From Balanoglossus misakiensis (Eukaryota; Animalia; Hemichordata): 64,000 nt of DNA. The stretch lies in assembly GCA_040954595.2 (NCBI GenBank), contig CM082579.2:2410345-2474344 (forward strand), given 5' to 3'. The position numbers and the translations under genes were made by a program. Shown here one piece after another: positions 25,801 to 40,700 of the stretch; within the stretch, counting starts at the first letter, position 1, and the number at the start of each line of letters is the position of its first letter. The notes beneath the pieces were generated by a model. The model saw nothing but the letters and a program-made list of their open reading frames with translations, ran no database searches and was not told where the DNA came from.

Positions 25801-28800
25801 TGTGAATTTAAAGGCACAAGAGGTTTGAATCTAAACATACATATTTGGTTGGTTGAGAAACCCCGAGGGATACGAAGATGATTGTAGGTGTAAGGTGGAA
25901 TTCATTTAAAGGTCAATTGTACTTTTAAAGATTCCCTCTAAGGTAGCAAATCAGCTTGTCGGAAATGCTTAAAATAATTTGTATCAATTAAATTTATTGT
26001 GTGGTTACATTTCCTATTTCCAATAGTCTTTGGGGGCTTGTATATTCTGCTGATAAAATGAAGGCGATGTTGATAGCCACTTTACATGTATGATGGTGGC
26101 CGGGGTGGTGGCCGTGCTGATGATGGTGGTGGTGGTGGTGGTGACTATAATGGTGGTAATGGTATTAGTTGTGACGATTGTGAATGTGATTGTGTGTTTT
26201 GCTTGGTTCGCCAGACTTTGACTCAAAATCGAAAGAGATAATCTATATAATTGTAACAACTCCCATGATTGCTACAACTGCTTTAACTGTTTATCTTGTC
26301 ACGTTTCCTTCCCCATCTGAAGACCATGTCAGCGCTTTGAAATGAAGAAAAAAACTGCCGCCCTAGTACGCGTGATAAACAACAGGGACTGCACATGCGC
26401 AAGGCTGGATTAACAGATTTAGTCCTGTCAACGAAAATAATGTTGATAACCGGAGTACTTGGTGTTATTGATACCTAACACAAACGTTATTCTACGCCTG
26501 ACAGGACAGGATAGAGTTTATCTGGGCTGATTCTTAGCTGAAACTGAAGAAAGTTGAATAATTCGCGTCATGACTGACCTTGCCAAAGCCAATACTGGTT
26601 AACACCAATATAGATAGCCTGGGAGACAAAGTTACGTGAACAGCATACTAGACACACACACACTGGCACATGATCTGTGACATCTACGTGCCAAGATGTC
26701 GAATGACTTCGGCAAGAATAATTGAGATTAATTCGTTGGCTTTTTACACGGATACAGTTTACTGAGCTGAAGTAAATTCTGGTACGTGCACACCCAAGCG
26801 AAAGACAGCCAGCCACATCGTTACCACGAATAAACCACTGTGGATTTGATAACATTCACAGGCTAGGAAAACACACACATACGAGGAAAATACAATCAAT
26901 TTTAATGTGTGCAATAATAGTTAAGTTTACACGCTTTTCCCATAAAACATTTTCACCCTCAGTTAAACTTAAATGTTTTCGCAGGGTAACAACATATTGA
27001 CGGGTTTAATGACTTGATGATCAGTCAAGCGTTTTTTCCATTCTTACTTTGGACAGTATAATAAATTATTCTGTTGACCGGTTGGTTTAATACGGATTCT
27101 GATGGGACCGATTCCTCTACCTACAGATGACATTTCAGTTAAATTATATTCTAGTATATATTTTACACGGCAGCTAGGCATACTTAAGTACTTCAATACC
27201 CGAGGAATTGCATTAGAAATGCCGTGGCAAATCTACTCCTTTTCTATTCAGAGAGTAATAATCTCGCGGACGTTGGTTGGCAGTCTAAGTCCGATTGGTC
27301 AGTGAGTAAACCAATCACAAGACCAACGTATAGTAAACTTGTTCTCATTAATCAGAAGTTGTGGAATGTTTTTAATAAGGAAACTATGTCAATTAATACA
27401 AGAAATTCGGTTTAAACAAACCCGAATAGTTAAATGATTTACAGTCAGAAAGAGACTGGCCTTGCTATCAAGTTATGCCGGACGTGACATAGTGTTGCCT
27501 CTATTGAAGAAATTGCAAAGCTGCCCAAGACCAGGCGTGACTTTTGGAGATTTCCTTGACGACTACATGTTGATTGATAGACCGCGCCACTCACTTGCCA
27601 GTCACAAAATCGCAAAAAAGACAAGCTGACGTCATAGCTACGCGCAAGTGTCACTTCAGTTTCCCTCCAACCTGTCCCCCCATTCTTTCGCAAAAGCAAA
27701 CGATATTAACGCGTCGTAACTATCGAGTATCCATGCTGAAAGTGTGAAAACGATTCCAACACATTACCACGGCTCACGTCATCATACACGACCTATAGAC
27801 ACCATTTGCAACTAATCTTTGCCCAGCTCCCGCGCAATTGTCGGTAGCAATTCAAAGGAATGACGCTCTTTGGCCGACACCGAATTGGCCAATTATTTAT
27901 GAAAATTCCTCTATAGTACTGGGCATTCATGTAAAATCTCGTAGTAGGCTTTGTTGTCGTTATCATTTGCCATATACATTCATAGGGTCAAGGCTTTGTT
28001 CCCAAAGCGCTTGGGGAAAAAAATACTTCAGAATATGCAAATTGCAACTGTAGTATGCGCATGCAAGTAATGACACATATTTGAGCAATTTTCGGTAAAT
28101 ACTGAGTTACAAGAATTAAAGAACGCTTCCATAGTTCTGTCGGAAATATTTCTCTAACGTCACGTCCGTAATTAGCCAATTTAGAGTTCGTAATAGAATT
28201 TCTGCGTCTTTCATACACACTGTATATTTATAGCTTGTCAAACCTCCAACAACGCGAATGACTGACAGGTTTGGTTGTCAATGTGGTATTTGGACTCGAA
28301 GTGAGTGATGAACTTCAAGGTTTAGATCAACACAGTGTGAAATGTTAACTTTCGGGATGATATTGAAAGTTTTCGAGAGTTACACTTGTTTTACATAATG
28401 GCAGGGGTGGGTGGGATAAGAACGAGGGAATCTGACAGGCAGACAGACACAGGCAGATGGAGAGAGATTCGATTTATACATTTCGAGTTTCAGTAAGTCT
28501 TTTAGTACAGAGAATATGATTTTGTGTTTGCAAAGTAGGACATGTTCGAGCTGTATCTGTATCAGAGGAAGATTATCCCTTTGGTAGTCGGCCATCACAT
28601 TGATAATTTATGGAATTCTCCGTCCTAATTGGGTTGATTGATTTGGGAATACAATTTATATTTGGGTTGGTGGTTGGTAGTACAATTAATCAGGGACATT
28701 GGATCGGCGCACTACCGGTGGAAAAAAATCTCTGGAGTTTATCCCTCTTTTATCTTGTCATTCGGGATGAGGTTTATCTTATCAACTATTAAATATTGAA

Positions 28801-31800
28801 ACGTCGCTCTTTAATTTTTGTCGAAGGATTTTAATCGGGAAGATGTATGAATGTGTCATTTCTAACGGTTTAATAATTCGCGTGCGTCTGAGTGTGTTAT
28901 TTGTGTTCAAACAGCGTACGGCCGGCAAAGCTTTGCGCGTTGAGCGTATGGTCACGTGAAAAGAGCGAACGATTTACGGACAGGTCGATCGGATCACGCC
29001 TGAAGGCACACTTATCGATTGTCAGCCCGATGAATGGGATCAAAAGATAACCCGCCAACATGTGGCGTGCCACCAGGTTTCATATGGGGCTTTAGTCGAA
29101 ATCACATCTTTTTGCGCGGATGAATAGGCAATAACTCCAACCCTTTAGACAGGACAAAAAGGTCATAAAAATATGAAACGGTTATATAACCCCGCGAATA
29201 GTTTTCTAGAAATGAGTGAGAATCTCTTGTTGGGCACTTGTGATGAACATTTCAGATGGGGATGAAACAAACCTACAACAGGAATGTACAAGTGACGACT
29301 GATGAAACTACCATATCGTGCAGCCGAGATAAGTTTGTCGTCTGCCTCTTTCAACAGTCTATTCCAAACTTTCACTGACAGACAATTTATCAGTTGAAAG
29401 CGAAACACGTGCAGGAGTCCGAGGGGCAACGTGAGCCATGAAAAGCATTAAACCCCAGTTCATCCTGCCGACGGTGGAGAGTATCAGCCTGAGCGCCAGA
29501 GTTTCTCAAATAATTGCAATCGTCATCACACTTTGTCATTACAAGGGATTCTCTTCGGGCTGGAAATATCCAGTTTCCGTGTTTTAATGATAACGGCAAG
29601 AGTTTGAAGCAGAACGATTCTGCAATAACATTTGTAATCATTCCGAAATTGAAAATTGATATGTTATATCATATTTGATTTCGACAGTCTCTCGATAATG
29701 AATTACCTCCAAAATGATTCCGCGACCTCGATGGTTTGACCTTTGGCATATTTGTTATTTTCACGTTGTACTTTTTTTCTGATTAATTTCTCGTTGTCGA
29801 TTTCTCCTTCTATTAATTGCTGTGGTCTGTTCCTTTCATTATCTTCTGCGATACACGTGTAATTGAAAACCATCGCCCAGGCATTTTACACAGCCAAATT
29901 CAATAGATTCTCTATCTCCAGGGTACCCCCCCCCCCCCCCTGCATGCAAAACCGAGACACTGTGTCGGATTCCATCTAGTTTTATTTTTAAAGATTGTTA
30001 GTAAATTAATACTAATGGAGCCTTGATAAGACGGTGGACAATTTAATTTCTCCAATGAAGAGAACGCATCAGAGAAATCAATGTTTTTTTTATATCTCCT
30101 GTCCAGTCACGAATTGGCCTCATCAATGACATCGAAACTCTTATTGAGTCATTTAGCAAAATGTACAAGCAGGGAATCTTTCTAGCTTGGCGACATGCAT
30201 CATCAAGATGGCTAGTGGATAAAGTGTATTTAGTGGCTAGTCGTATACTTACCATGTTTACTTCCACGATTGGACCAATGCTCAATGCATATATATCAGC
30301 CTGAACGTGAACCGGTGGTCCTGGAGACATAAAACGAACAATTCACAGTATAAGAAACACATACATTTTAATTATTATATATTATGTCTTATACATGAAC
30401 TGTGTAAGTGTGAGGTTTTGGATAATTGACAATCATTAACAAATATAATGTAAATCATTGACAATCATTAACAAATATAATGTAAATTGGTCTATCAATG
30501 TTAACTGTAAGCGGGGTTTTTTCAAATGCATATGCCAAGTTGATCAATCATGTACCACAGTAGAGAATCTTTCCTGACATAGAATCACTTTATCGGCAAG
30601 ACTCTTCACTTGTGATCAATCGATCACCGATTCAATCAATCAAAAATTCAGCAAACAAATAAATCAATCCATCTGCTAAACCGACTCTACCGGTCAGCTA
30701 GCAATTAAGACAGCAATCAGGTCTCCTGTGTGGTGACCGTCTCGTTCTCTGTTCTCCCTCATCTCATCTCACAAAATATTCATATCAGTGGCAATGAGTG
30801 CACCCACACAGACTCGCATCTCGATCACTGACATCAGATACGGTTCCCAGAAACCATCTAATGATTACATTTCAGATTCAGCTCACGAATATGATAAACC
30901 CCATCGTTGAGGGCAGTTTGACTAATTTCCTTTCGAAAGAAACGCAAGAACGCAGATATCTTTGCAGACATTTGACGTCAAGATTAGTAATGGTATAAAA
31001 TATATAGAGTGGATGCACTCTTATAATCTAATTTAAGAAGAAAAAACAGTTCTGAGCTCCCTGCGTGGACAGAGAGTTTATTGCGGGGAAAACGTCTAAT
31101 ATTTCCAAATTAAACAAAGAATTTAGATTTTGTATGGTGCCTGGTCATGCTGCGAGGCTGTTCCACACGCTGACTACACGACCTACATGTGCCTGTATAA
31201 AGACTCATTTGAAGCTCATAGACATGTGCTCTATTCATGGAGAACAGATAGCTTGTGGCTGTGGCAAATTAACTTAGCATCTATTAGCATTTCTCGTGCG
31301 CGTCGTTGTTGTTGTTCGCATTGGGGGTTTATGGCGCCGTCAGTCATTTTTTTGCCGCCAAACGCAGAGATTACCTTCTGGGTGTTCACTAACGTGAAAT
31401 GTCAGAAGTGGGTGCCAATTATAAGTTCCAACTTTCCAAAAAAATCTTTTCTTTTTCAGGTGGTTCCTAGACGCCGTTTGTACCAAACACCTACATGTAC
31501 AATTATTACAAGTTGTGGGTATTATTGAAAGAAAGTTTCATCTTTTTCCCGTACGCCGACCATTGATTGTTTTTTTGCAGTATTCATGCCCGGCAGCCAT
31601 CTTTGATACTTGATATGCATGGTACGATGACAGTCATGACACTTGGATTAGTGATTATTTCTTTTAGACTTTGAAATTGTGCCGTTATGCCCAGGATATA
31701 GAAATTATTATTTAAGGAATTCTGTCAGTTCAGTAATTTAAATAATGTTGAGATCAAAGATATCTGCATGCATGATGTCGGTTCTGTCGGTTACAACACC

Positions 31801-34672
31801 ACAGTTGGCATCTTCGACGTGTAAAAGCCATTTTCTCAATTCTGCCGCTGACTGTCAGACAGATATTATCGCGCTGTTTTAGAAAACTGGCGTGATTTAC
31901 AGAACTTTACACACATTTGCTGAAAGTGAGTATGCCAGCTTTTAGCATTCTTCACATTTCCGCGCCATGGATATGAGGCACTCGAAATAAAATTAAAAAA
32001 TCGTGTCGATTTTAATGATTTTGTCAAGGAAAGATTTTCGCTGATGGTCGCTATGCGACCCTTACTAAACAAATTCCCTCGATCGTGATTAAATTTTTTT
32101 ACCAAGATGATTAAACCTTCAGACGTACTCGTTTGAGTATTGTTGCTTTTCCAGTCTATAAACCTTGACGTTTAAGATGGGTCCCTAGGATCTTTTTGCC
32201 CGTTGCTATGGGCCTTTATAGGACATTACACCCCGATTTGGACTAAGCCGTTTTCAGAGTCTAACAAGGGGCTGGTAACTAGTTAAAAATACGCACGATT
32301 GTGAGCGCGCGCCCCCTGACGCCATTGATATGCAAATTAGTTAGGTCAAATTTCAAAAGCCTAAGGCTTTTTATTCCGTGACCTCAAAAACGAACTTGAT
32401 ACGTATTCATTAGTTGCTTGAACCAGGGAAGATCGTGACGGATTTTGTTTTCGAATATTATCGTTGTATCCTACGATTTCAGCATACCCGTACTACACCT
32501 GAAAAAGTCATCGATTTTGGGTGTTTTTGGACGCACTCTTCCACTGGTATCGCTTCTTAGCACGACGAAAACCGAAAAAACGATCCGTCACACTGTGCGG
32601 AAGTGCGTTCTCAACAAGCAGGTCAAATTTGGCTGGCGTACGTCGCCTATGAAAAAAGCCTTAGGGATTTTCGTGAACGGTACAAAATCTCTGTGTACAA
32701 AACATTGGATTTTTAGCGTTCGATCCAGTTACTGTGGTTACAGGACGCGCACGCTATATCGCTGACCGCTGCTTTGCCGTATTAGCGTGGCGGCCTATGG
32801 CCGGGCGGTAGCTGCCGTAAACATACTCAGACAGGGGGTGTGCACACAATCGTGTGTATTTTTAACTAGTTACAAGCCCCTTGTCGGACGTTCATAACGG
32901 TTTCGATCAAAATTGAGTGTAGTGTCCTATAAAGGCCCATAGCAACGAGCAAAAAGATCCTAGGGACCCATCTTAATCAACTGTTGAATCCAAGCCCCTG
33001 GTATTTTACATGCAGGTCGCTTGCTTGTTTCGCTGTGTCGAGCTCAGCTGAAAATCCCTAGAAGAGATTTCTTACATCATTCGATTCCGAACTCGATGAT
33101 TGGGGTTTGAGATAGACGCGTCGTAAAACTGTCGCCACGGTGTAGTCTGGTGATCATTTGACAAATCATAAAAATGGCCCTGGCTACATCGTTGTAAATA
33201 TTAATTGGTTTTAAAATCCTTTGGCAAGCAAACAACACCTCTGAGACTAAAAAACACGGAATTTGGCCGTCGAAAATCCCGGCTCAGCATTCCAGAGGTG
33301 ACGCGAAAACCCCGAGGAAGTAATTGGAAAAAGAAAAAAGCATGAAATCAAAATGGCAACTAGCGAACTACCCTTTCTTCACGTTGGCGCCTTCGCCAAT
33401 AACATTTCTGGTAGCGCTGTCGTATGCATAATTAATCACTATGATTTGTTGAGGAATAATATGGGTTGTATATGACTTCAGAAATGGGGTGCTCAACTTA
33501 GTATGCAACTAATACTGCAATTCTGATGGGTTTGATATTTCGTGTATTCAGGGACAAGAAATATTGCCAAAGGAAGATTAATTCTACAGCACAGTTCAAT
33601 CACTTTCTTATGCCTACCCATCTGTCTGACTGACCCTCCCTCACTCCCTCCATCTATGGCAGCGTTAACCACTGTCATATTAAGATACACCCCCCCCCCC
33701 CCGATCATAAAACCAGTGCGCTATCAAACAAGGAACATGTAACATTCTCACTGATGAATTCCTTCCAAAGAACCGACTTTTCTTCAATGCAGATACCAGT
33801 CGAGAGATCTCGACATTACTGCCCTTGCAGAATGCATGGAAGTTCATTGAACCCGCTAGTTACTTCCTGCTAAATGGATTCGATGTTACCGAGAAGTGAT
33901 TTCATTCATGGGACATATTTTACTGGCTTCCCGCAAATGTAATTTCCAAATCCCACATTATGAATATTTTATCTTTAACGTAGGAGGCCATGAAAGCCTT
34001 TCAAGTTTGTCGTCATTGATGCAGATTAAAAAGGAAAACTCTCAGAATTGTACGATGATTCAATTTTCGGTCAAAACGCAGGAGTGCCGAAGGGGGTCAA
34101 AAAGCCAGCCACTTATTTGCTCTCAAGCCATGCACTTCCATCTTAGCACATCATCTGGTGAAACGTTGAAGGTAATGCGGTAAGACAGGGGGTGCGCGCA
34201 CAAACGCTAGTAAAGTCAGTTTACAACGTTCATGAATAGTTCTGTCTGTAACGGACAGTGTCAACGTCACTGCTGCTCTGGTGCGATCACTTGAACTATG
34301 CCTGCGAAAACATCACTATCTTGGTAGAAACCCCGCTAACGCGGTAGCCCAGTCAGCCATGCAAACATCTCACGGTTGGTTGGACTTGTCTTCGGTTCAG
34401 TTGATTGTTCAGTGAGTAAAGGAAGGAAATGTCGCCATGCAAACAGCGCAAGAGAGAGATCAGTTGGTGTACAACAAGCTGCAACAAGATATCTCCAATG
34501 CCAATTAAATTCTTCACTTGTAACATGTTTAGTTCAACAAACAGTATTTTACCTTCAATCCTATTTATTCTTTAACACTATAACCGTAAAATAAAGTAAA
34601 TGTGCTTATACGTAGTATTATATGTATGTACAATGCATGTATGTATGTTATGTATGTATGTATGTATGTATG

Positions 34673-34704
<32 letters not shown>

Positions 34705-37700
34705 GTATGTATATGTACGGTATGTATGTATGTATGTATGTATGTATGTATGTATACATGTATGTATGTATGTATGTATGTATATATGTATGTATGCACG
34801 TATGTATGTATGTATGAACGTCTAAATGTCGAACAGGAGCATTGGAGATGGACCAGCCCCAATAATCACGGCGTTTTTCCGCGCAAGTTTTAATGGTATT
34901 GCAGCTTAATATGGGTAATGAAATTTCACGCGGCGAAAAACGTGACTCAAATACATGGCAGAAAACCCAATGATTCGAAATTAAGCATACATGTAGCTTC
35001 AGAAACAGGAGACGCGTTGCCGAACGGTTTTTCACCTTTACTCACCACATGCTTTTAAGGATAAATTATGCATTCAGAGCTATATTACGGCTAATATAAA
35101 TGCAAAAAGAGTTAGCCGACGCGTTGCACAATGGACAATAATAACAGGATAAAATACTGCCCATACGTTGCCTTGCGGCAAATAATAATGTACTCATTTG
35201 ATGTCTATAGATAGGAAGTGCATATAATGTATAGCCACAATTATTTTTTTCCAATACCTATTACTGAGGGGCAAATAACGTTGGAAAATTCATCATGATT
35301 CCACCAAAAAGCCTTCTTGTGTTTAGAATGAATTTTGCTTTGCGCGCGCATTTGTAAGTGCATGTACATGTATATGTTTGTTTGTACGAAATATTGTACA
35401 AGCTTATTTTGCGAAGAATTCGCATATGAAGTCATTGTGTCTTATTAATAATCCTACAGAAACGCACCACCTGGTGACCACGTTAATTTCCTTTTTGAAA
35501 TACCGAAAATTTAGCACAAATTCGCATCTGTGGTTTCTCTGGCGGAATTTCTCCACACGAGATACTACGCGTATTTGTGTCAAGCAAAAAACCAGGCAAT
35601 GTTTAACAACACGTGTTCCGATTTATCAGTGTGGAATACTTGAAAATGTCAGCCAAGGCGCCGTAAATAATGAAACGGAAGGTTCTATAACTATTGGCAT
35701 TTTAACTATGGCAATTTGTGTTTGCCACATTGGACTTGATTAAATAAGTTAAGACTGTGCGTGCTCGTGGATCAATGCGTTCGATAATTTGCCATTTTAA
35801 CATAGTGCTACTGCGGCTTTCCTTTTATAATACCCTCTATTCAGTTTATTTGCTGTGAATCGTAATTTATTGGATTTGCGTTAAGGTGCTTGAAAATGAA
35901 CTTGAATTATAGTAAGGAAAATTTTCATTCCTGCAATCGTGAAACGATCAAGCTAAGCAATTGTCCGTGCCTGTAGTTCGGATATTACTCTTATTATTAT
36001 ATACGTTGTCGCTCCTTAAGGCTAACTTGAAAAGAAACCGTTATTAAAAGTGCCCCCATGATGAGTAAATCATCGGCAAGAACAGTTGATATATGAATAG
36101 ATGCACAAACCCTGCCACTCGCAGTTCAAACTTACAAATAACAATTCTAATGAAGTGTACTTTGGCTAACAAGAGAGTTTATCACGTATTATCATTGAGA
36201 GAAATGCATTGCCCTCCAGTATTAATTGAAGTCGAGGTAAAGAAATGATACATTTGATTTTATTACTTTGGAACCCCGGGAATCTGTCGTCATTACCGTA
36301 CTTGGCAAAACCAGAGCAATGGAAGAAAGGACCGGTGCAAAGACAAACGCACCGACGTGAAAGAGCGCCATCTACAGACATCAGTTGCAACAGTTGAAAA
36401 CCTGAACAAATGAACTATAGCATATGCACATAAAATATTCCCCCATTCCCGAATGAGTTAACAATTCATGAATTGCTGTGCCAAGGGAAAGCTATCCTCG
36501 CAAAGCAACACAGAAACAGACTCATTCATCATGGCGACTCGGAAAACAATGTGAACACAGTAATCTGTGGTATGAATGATACAATGCCAACACACGCTTT
36601 GATGATGGAGTCAAGCATATGTTAGGTATCCTATGCACCAACTACTCCCTCCGATCGTTAATAAGCAACAATAAAGTGAATGATCATCTCTAGATATTCG
36701 TGGAATGACAAAGACTCAGGAACTTTGGCCAATATGTTACGGTATTAACGAGGCTTATTCTTTCCTGAAAATTAATATTGTTATTGTATCGCTTGCAACA
36801 TGTATAGTTGTGATATCAACTCTGACGAAGATCAAGCTGTGTTTACTAAAGCAGTAGATTTTATATATTTTTAAAATAATTCACTTGCATTGGCTATGTG
36901 GCATGGCTTGATGTCAAAACATCTGCTGTGAGCTGCTCATGCAGACTGGCATTTCTGTATCAGTCACAAATTAGTTGAGACATTTTGCGACCAATTACTC
37001 CGGTGTTGCTTAAACTGCGAGACGTCACTTCAACGCGGGCAAACCTCTGGCCTCTCTCACGATATATTTACTCTAAAATCGATCTCGATTTACTGAAGCG
37101 AAACACATATGTGCGTTCTCTGCAGTCCTGTCCACTTGTGTCAATCCTGGACAACCCGTGTACAACTCAAAGACCTGTCTCGGGAGACCTAGGCGCCAGT
37201 TCAGCCAGATGTCTCTCCCCTGTTCACGTTTGTAGCAGTCGGAGTTGATTTCTTTCAGTGTTTTCACATCGTAAAAGGCAAGAATGAATGCGACCTCTCA
37301 CCAGAATCGTTGGTGACATGCCGTCGCTTAACGGAAAGGTACAATAATCGTTGTTGAGGCATTTGCAACTGTACAAAGGAGAAATAGTCTTTGCGTGGGA
37401 ACGAGTCGCCGCCAGCTTTGTGAATACAAATTCTCCTTCCATATAGTTTATTCCCAAGGGCCAGTTTTAATAGCAAATACCACATTTACGATATTTATAA
37501 TGATTACTGGCTTTGTTATCGATTAGCAATATAATCTGAACCGAGCTGTTCGCAAAACTATCCATTTCGTAAGAAAATTACTGTAATTTCCTCGTGACGT
37601 ATTCATACCTGTAATTTTACACTATTCATGGCAAAGTAAATAGTTACTATTATAAAGGAGATGGCAGCCTTTTACAGCACAGTGTATTTCCCGGATGCAT

Positions 37701-40700
37701 TCAAGACAATGATACTTGATACAGCTTTCGCAGACTGGATGAAGGCATTTTATGTACGCTGATTCATATACTTGAGAAACCAGCGAATCAAACACTCCAA
37801 TGACGTAATTTCTAGTATACACCGTAAACTTTGTCAATGGAGTGTTTTCCAGATGTAAAAGTCATACAGACATCTATGCCCGCATATATGTATGCATGCA
37901 TACATGGATTGCATGCATATACACACAATAGTACACATGCATGCAAGAACTGAATATGAAACACAGCGTATAGGCGTAGCGACCAGCACAACCTGAATCA
38001 TAGCCACGTGGCAGTTTAATCGCACGAACTTCCTGTGCATACCGTTAATTGGACACCGCCGTGGGATGCCAGGGAGGGCAAATGGGAAACCTCAAAGCGG
38101 TTATTGATGGTATATTTGTATGGACATTTCACACTCAATCGTTAAATGACAGTATTTATCCAATCCAAATCGCGAAATAAATTGAATTTGTGAACAAATC
38201 ATGGAGTGATTCAGTGGAGATGGTTTTGACGAAATGATTATCAGTGTCCGTGCCCTATTCAAACGTATTCCGAAGATAACATCTCCACGCCACGTAGTAA
38301 TTACAGATGAGGAGCAGTCTTGTCGTTGTTTGCACAGCTTGTTGTGCGCTGTTGTTTATCTCAACTTTATACCAGTACTCCACAAATCGGGTGTACCGGG
38401 ACATTGCAAGTAGTCAATGACTTTTATGGATGAAATCCAATATTCTAGGTAGCAAGAAACAGTCGACAAAGTCGATTACTGTCACATAAACCGATGTTAT
38501 CTGGCAAAGTCGGGATGATTCCATGAGTGCCTCGCGGCGGGCTACGCAGTCGCTGTGTTAATACTATAAGTCCGGCAATACAATGTGTATAATCCTCTTT
38601 GCGTTCGTTACTAACGGTTCTCCATCAAATACACAAAACTTGCGAACTCTTGCAAGAAGTCATCTATTCATGACCAACATTCTTTTTTGTAGCGCACGTT
38701 CATCTGGTTTGGAAAGATGTCGACCGAGCAATGGAGCTATTTCAAAAACAGATATACGGGCTCTTCTAAACATAATTACTCAAGGGATTCATGATTTTCA
38801 AACTTATTTATTATTTAGTGTACGTAGAGTTAGGTAGATTAAAGAGTGTTGTTCGTTCTCAATGCATGCAAATACTACACATCACTTTTCAGTATTTTAA
38901 TACATTATAACCTATAAATGCATATATATTTGATGTATTTGGAAGCTAATTCCTGCTGTTGTCACGGCAACAGGTCTATAGACGCGGCACTATGTACTTT
39001 TTGAATTTGCAATATGGCTCATGCAGTAATTGATAAATACACATCAATTTATTTCATTAAGCATGTTAAGCGTCTGAAATGAATCAGTAAATATTAGCAT
39101 TGGAAAACTAATTTGCCCAAACCGTGTTGTTTAATGCAGTGGCAGTGTTAGTTTTCCAATTAATAAAACTGATTGTTCTAATTTGTGAGGGCGCTGTAAC
39201 TGGTGGTGTATGTGCGCATGGTAATTACTAGAAACCGAGCTGCAAATGTAAAAGTTTACACCACAACGTTGGTTATGGATATACAGCGTTTTGAGGTTGG
39301 AAAGGGGATAACAGCGTTCTGGGAATAGCGGCTGGAATTTCCTGTATTTTTGCAGACAATTGGCGTCGCCTAATCTCTGAGTGTGCATGGTCATGAAATG
39401 AGGAAAACAGGCCTCTGATTTCCACGGACAGACCATGGATTTCTGTGAAGCAATTATCGAAATATTAAACGTTAACATTGGCAGCTGGAAAACAAATTTG
39501 TGCATGCCGTCCCGTAGGGCTATTTTTGTGTGTAACCTGTAATCTCTCAACGGGCGTCTGCGTCACGTCTGAAACGAACTCTGAAACGAGACTCGAGATA
39601 CCCTGGGGAAAAAACTCTTGCACGCAGAGAAATATTACACCTTCTCTCAAGGACAAATGAAACAGTACACGGCACATATACTTATCAAGCAAAACAATAT
39701 TTACAACCTAAGATCTCGCATCTGGTTGAAACTTCTTATAAAATAAAGTAACAGAAAGATGATGATTTACTGGCCAATAAGGTACAGGCACTACATCAGC
39801 CAACAACACAATTTGGATAAATTTCGCTATCGAAATGATTTCTTGGTGTCAATTACTGAATTTATATGTCCAGCTATTCTTGATACGTGGAATGATATCT
39901 ATATACAGCCAGTATTTTCAGTAAATAATATCTGGATTTTCAGATACTTATATCACGGGTATGATCGTATTAATCTTTATTTCGGCAATGCTTAAAAAAA
40001 CGTATGCAGGCAACAGAATGGCCCTTTTGAACTCGATAGTATTATTGCTCACTTTCCCCAAGAATGTTTTTAAGATTTTAAGACTGAATGGTAAATTACA
40101 ATGTAAGTGATTATGTCGAATTGTTTCGTGCAACTGGACATGTGTGTATACAATATTCACACAACGAACACAATACGGAGCCTAGGCCTCTTGGTTCATA
40201 TAGGATGTTATCTCAAATGTACATGTTCACTATTAAGCTAGCACTAACCGCATTTGCTTTCCACAGAATATATGCATCCCTGAGGAAGCTCTTTGTTCTG
40301 TAAGAAGACTGAGCAAGTTCCAAATGGACACTGCTGATCATAAGCTTCAAATATCCTTTGAGGTCTCTCGGCGGATGACTAATGTTGGCAAGCATGTATA
40401 TTTTTCGTGGCTTTGTCTTATTTTCGGTGTCACGCAGGAAACAGCTCCTTTCAAACAGAGTTTAGTCACATCATCTGAAAAGAGCTGTTTCCTACATCAT
40501 AGATTCTTCAACACTTACACAGTGTATGTCTTTGTTGCGAAGGCAGAAGATTTCAGCGGGGCATTTGGGTTTTACTATTTTGTATTAGCGGGGATCTCAT
40601 GTTTATTTTGTACTAAAAAAGGTGTATCAAACTGCTGAACCTGAAAAGGACATTTTGACGTCGTTTTCCCCCTGCAAAAATGGCAGGGGTTCTATATTTG

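Noticed and set aside
26014-26259. Thr-rich mucin-like ORF
   Set aside because: It is a translation of an intronic (GGT)n microsatellite.
29840-29920. Possible reverse-transcriptase remnant (AWAMVFN, minus strand)
   Set aside because: Too short and degenerate to support.
31280-32070. Possible Helentron/HINE-like repeat (GTT microsatellite near the start, GCAGCCATCTT motif)
   Set aside because: I could not define termini, sub-terminal inverted repeats or a second copy in the window.
34565-35035. HTYI/MYVC repeat ORFs (also 42256-42832)
   Set aside because: They are translations of (TATG)n microsatellites.
35046-35051. Possible 6-nt microexon (aaag|CATGTG|gtgagt, minus strand) in the long GABA-R intron
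   Set aside because: The acceptor is purine-rich and weak, and inclusion would put a Cys into the conserved RPG-G-P turn.
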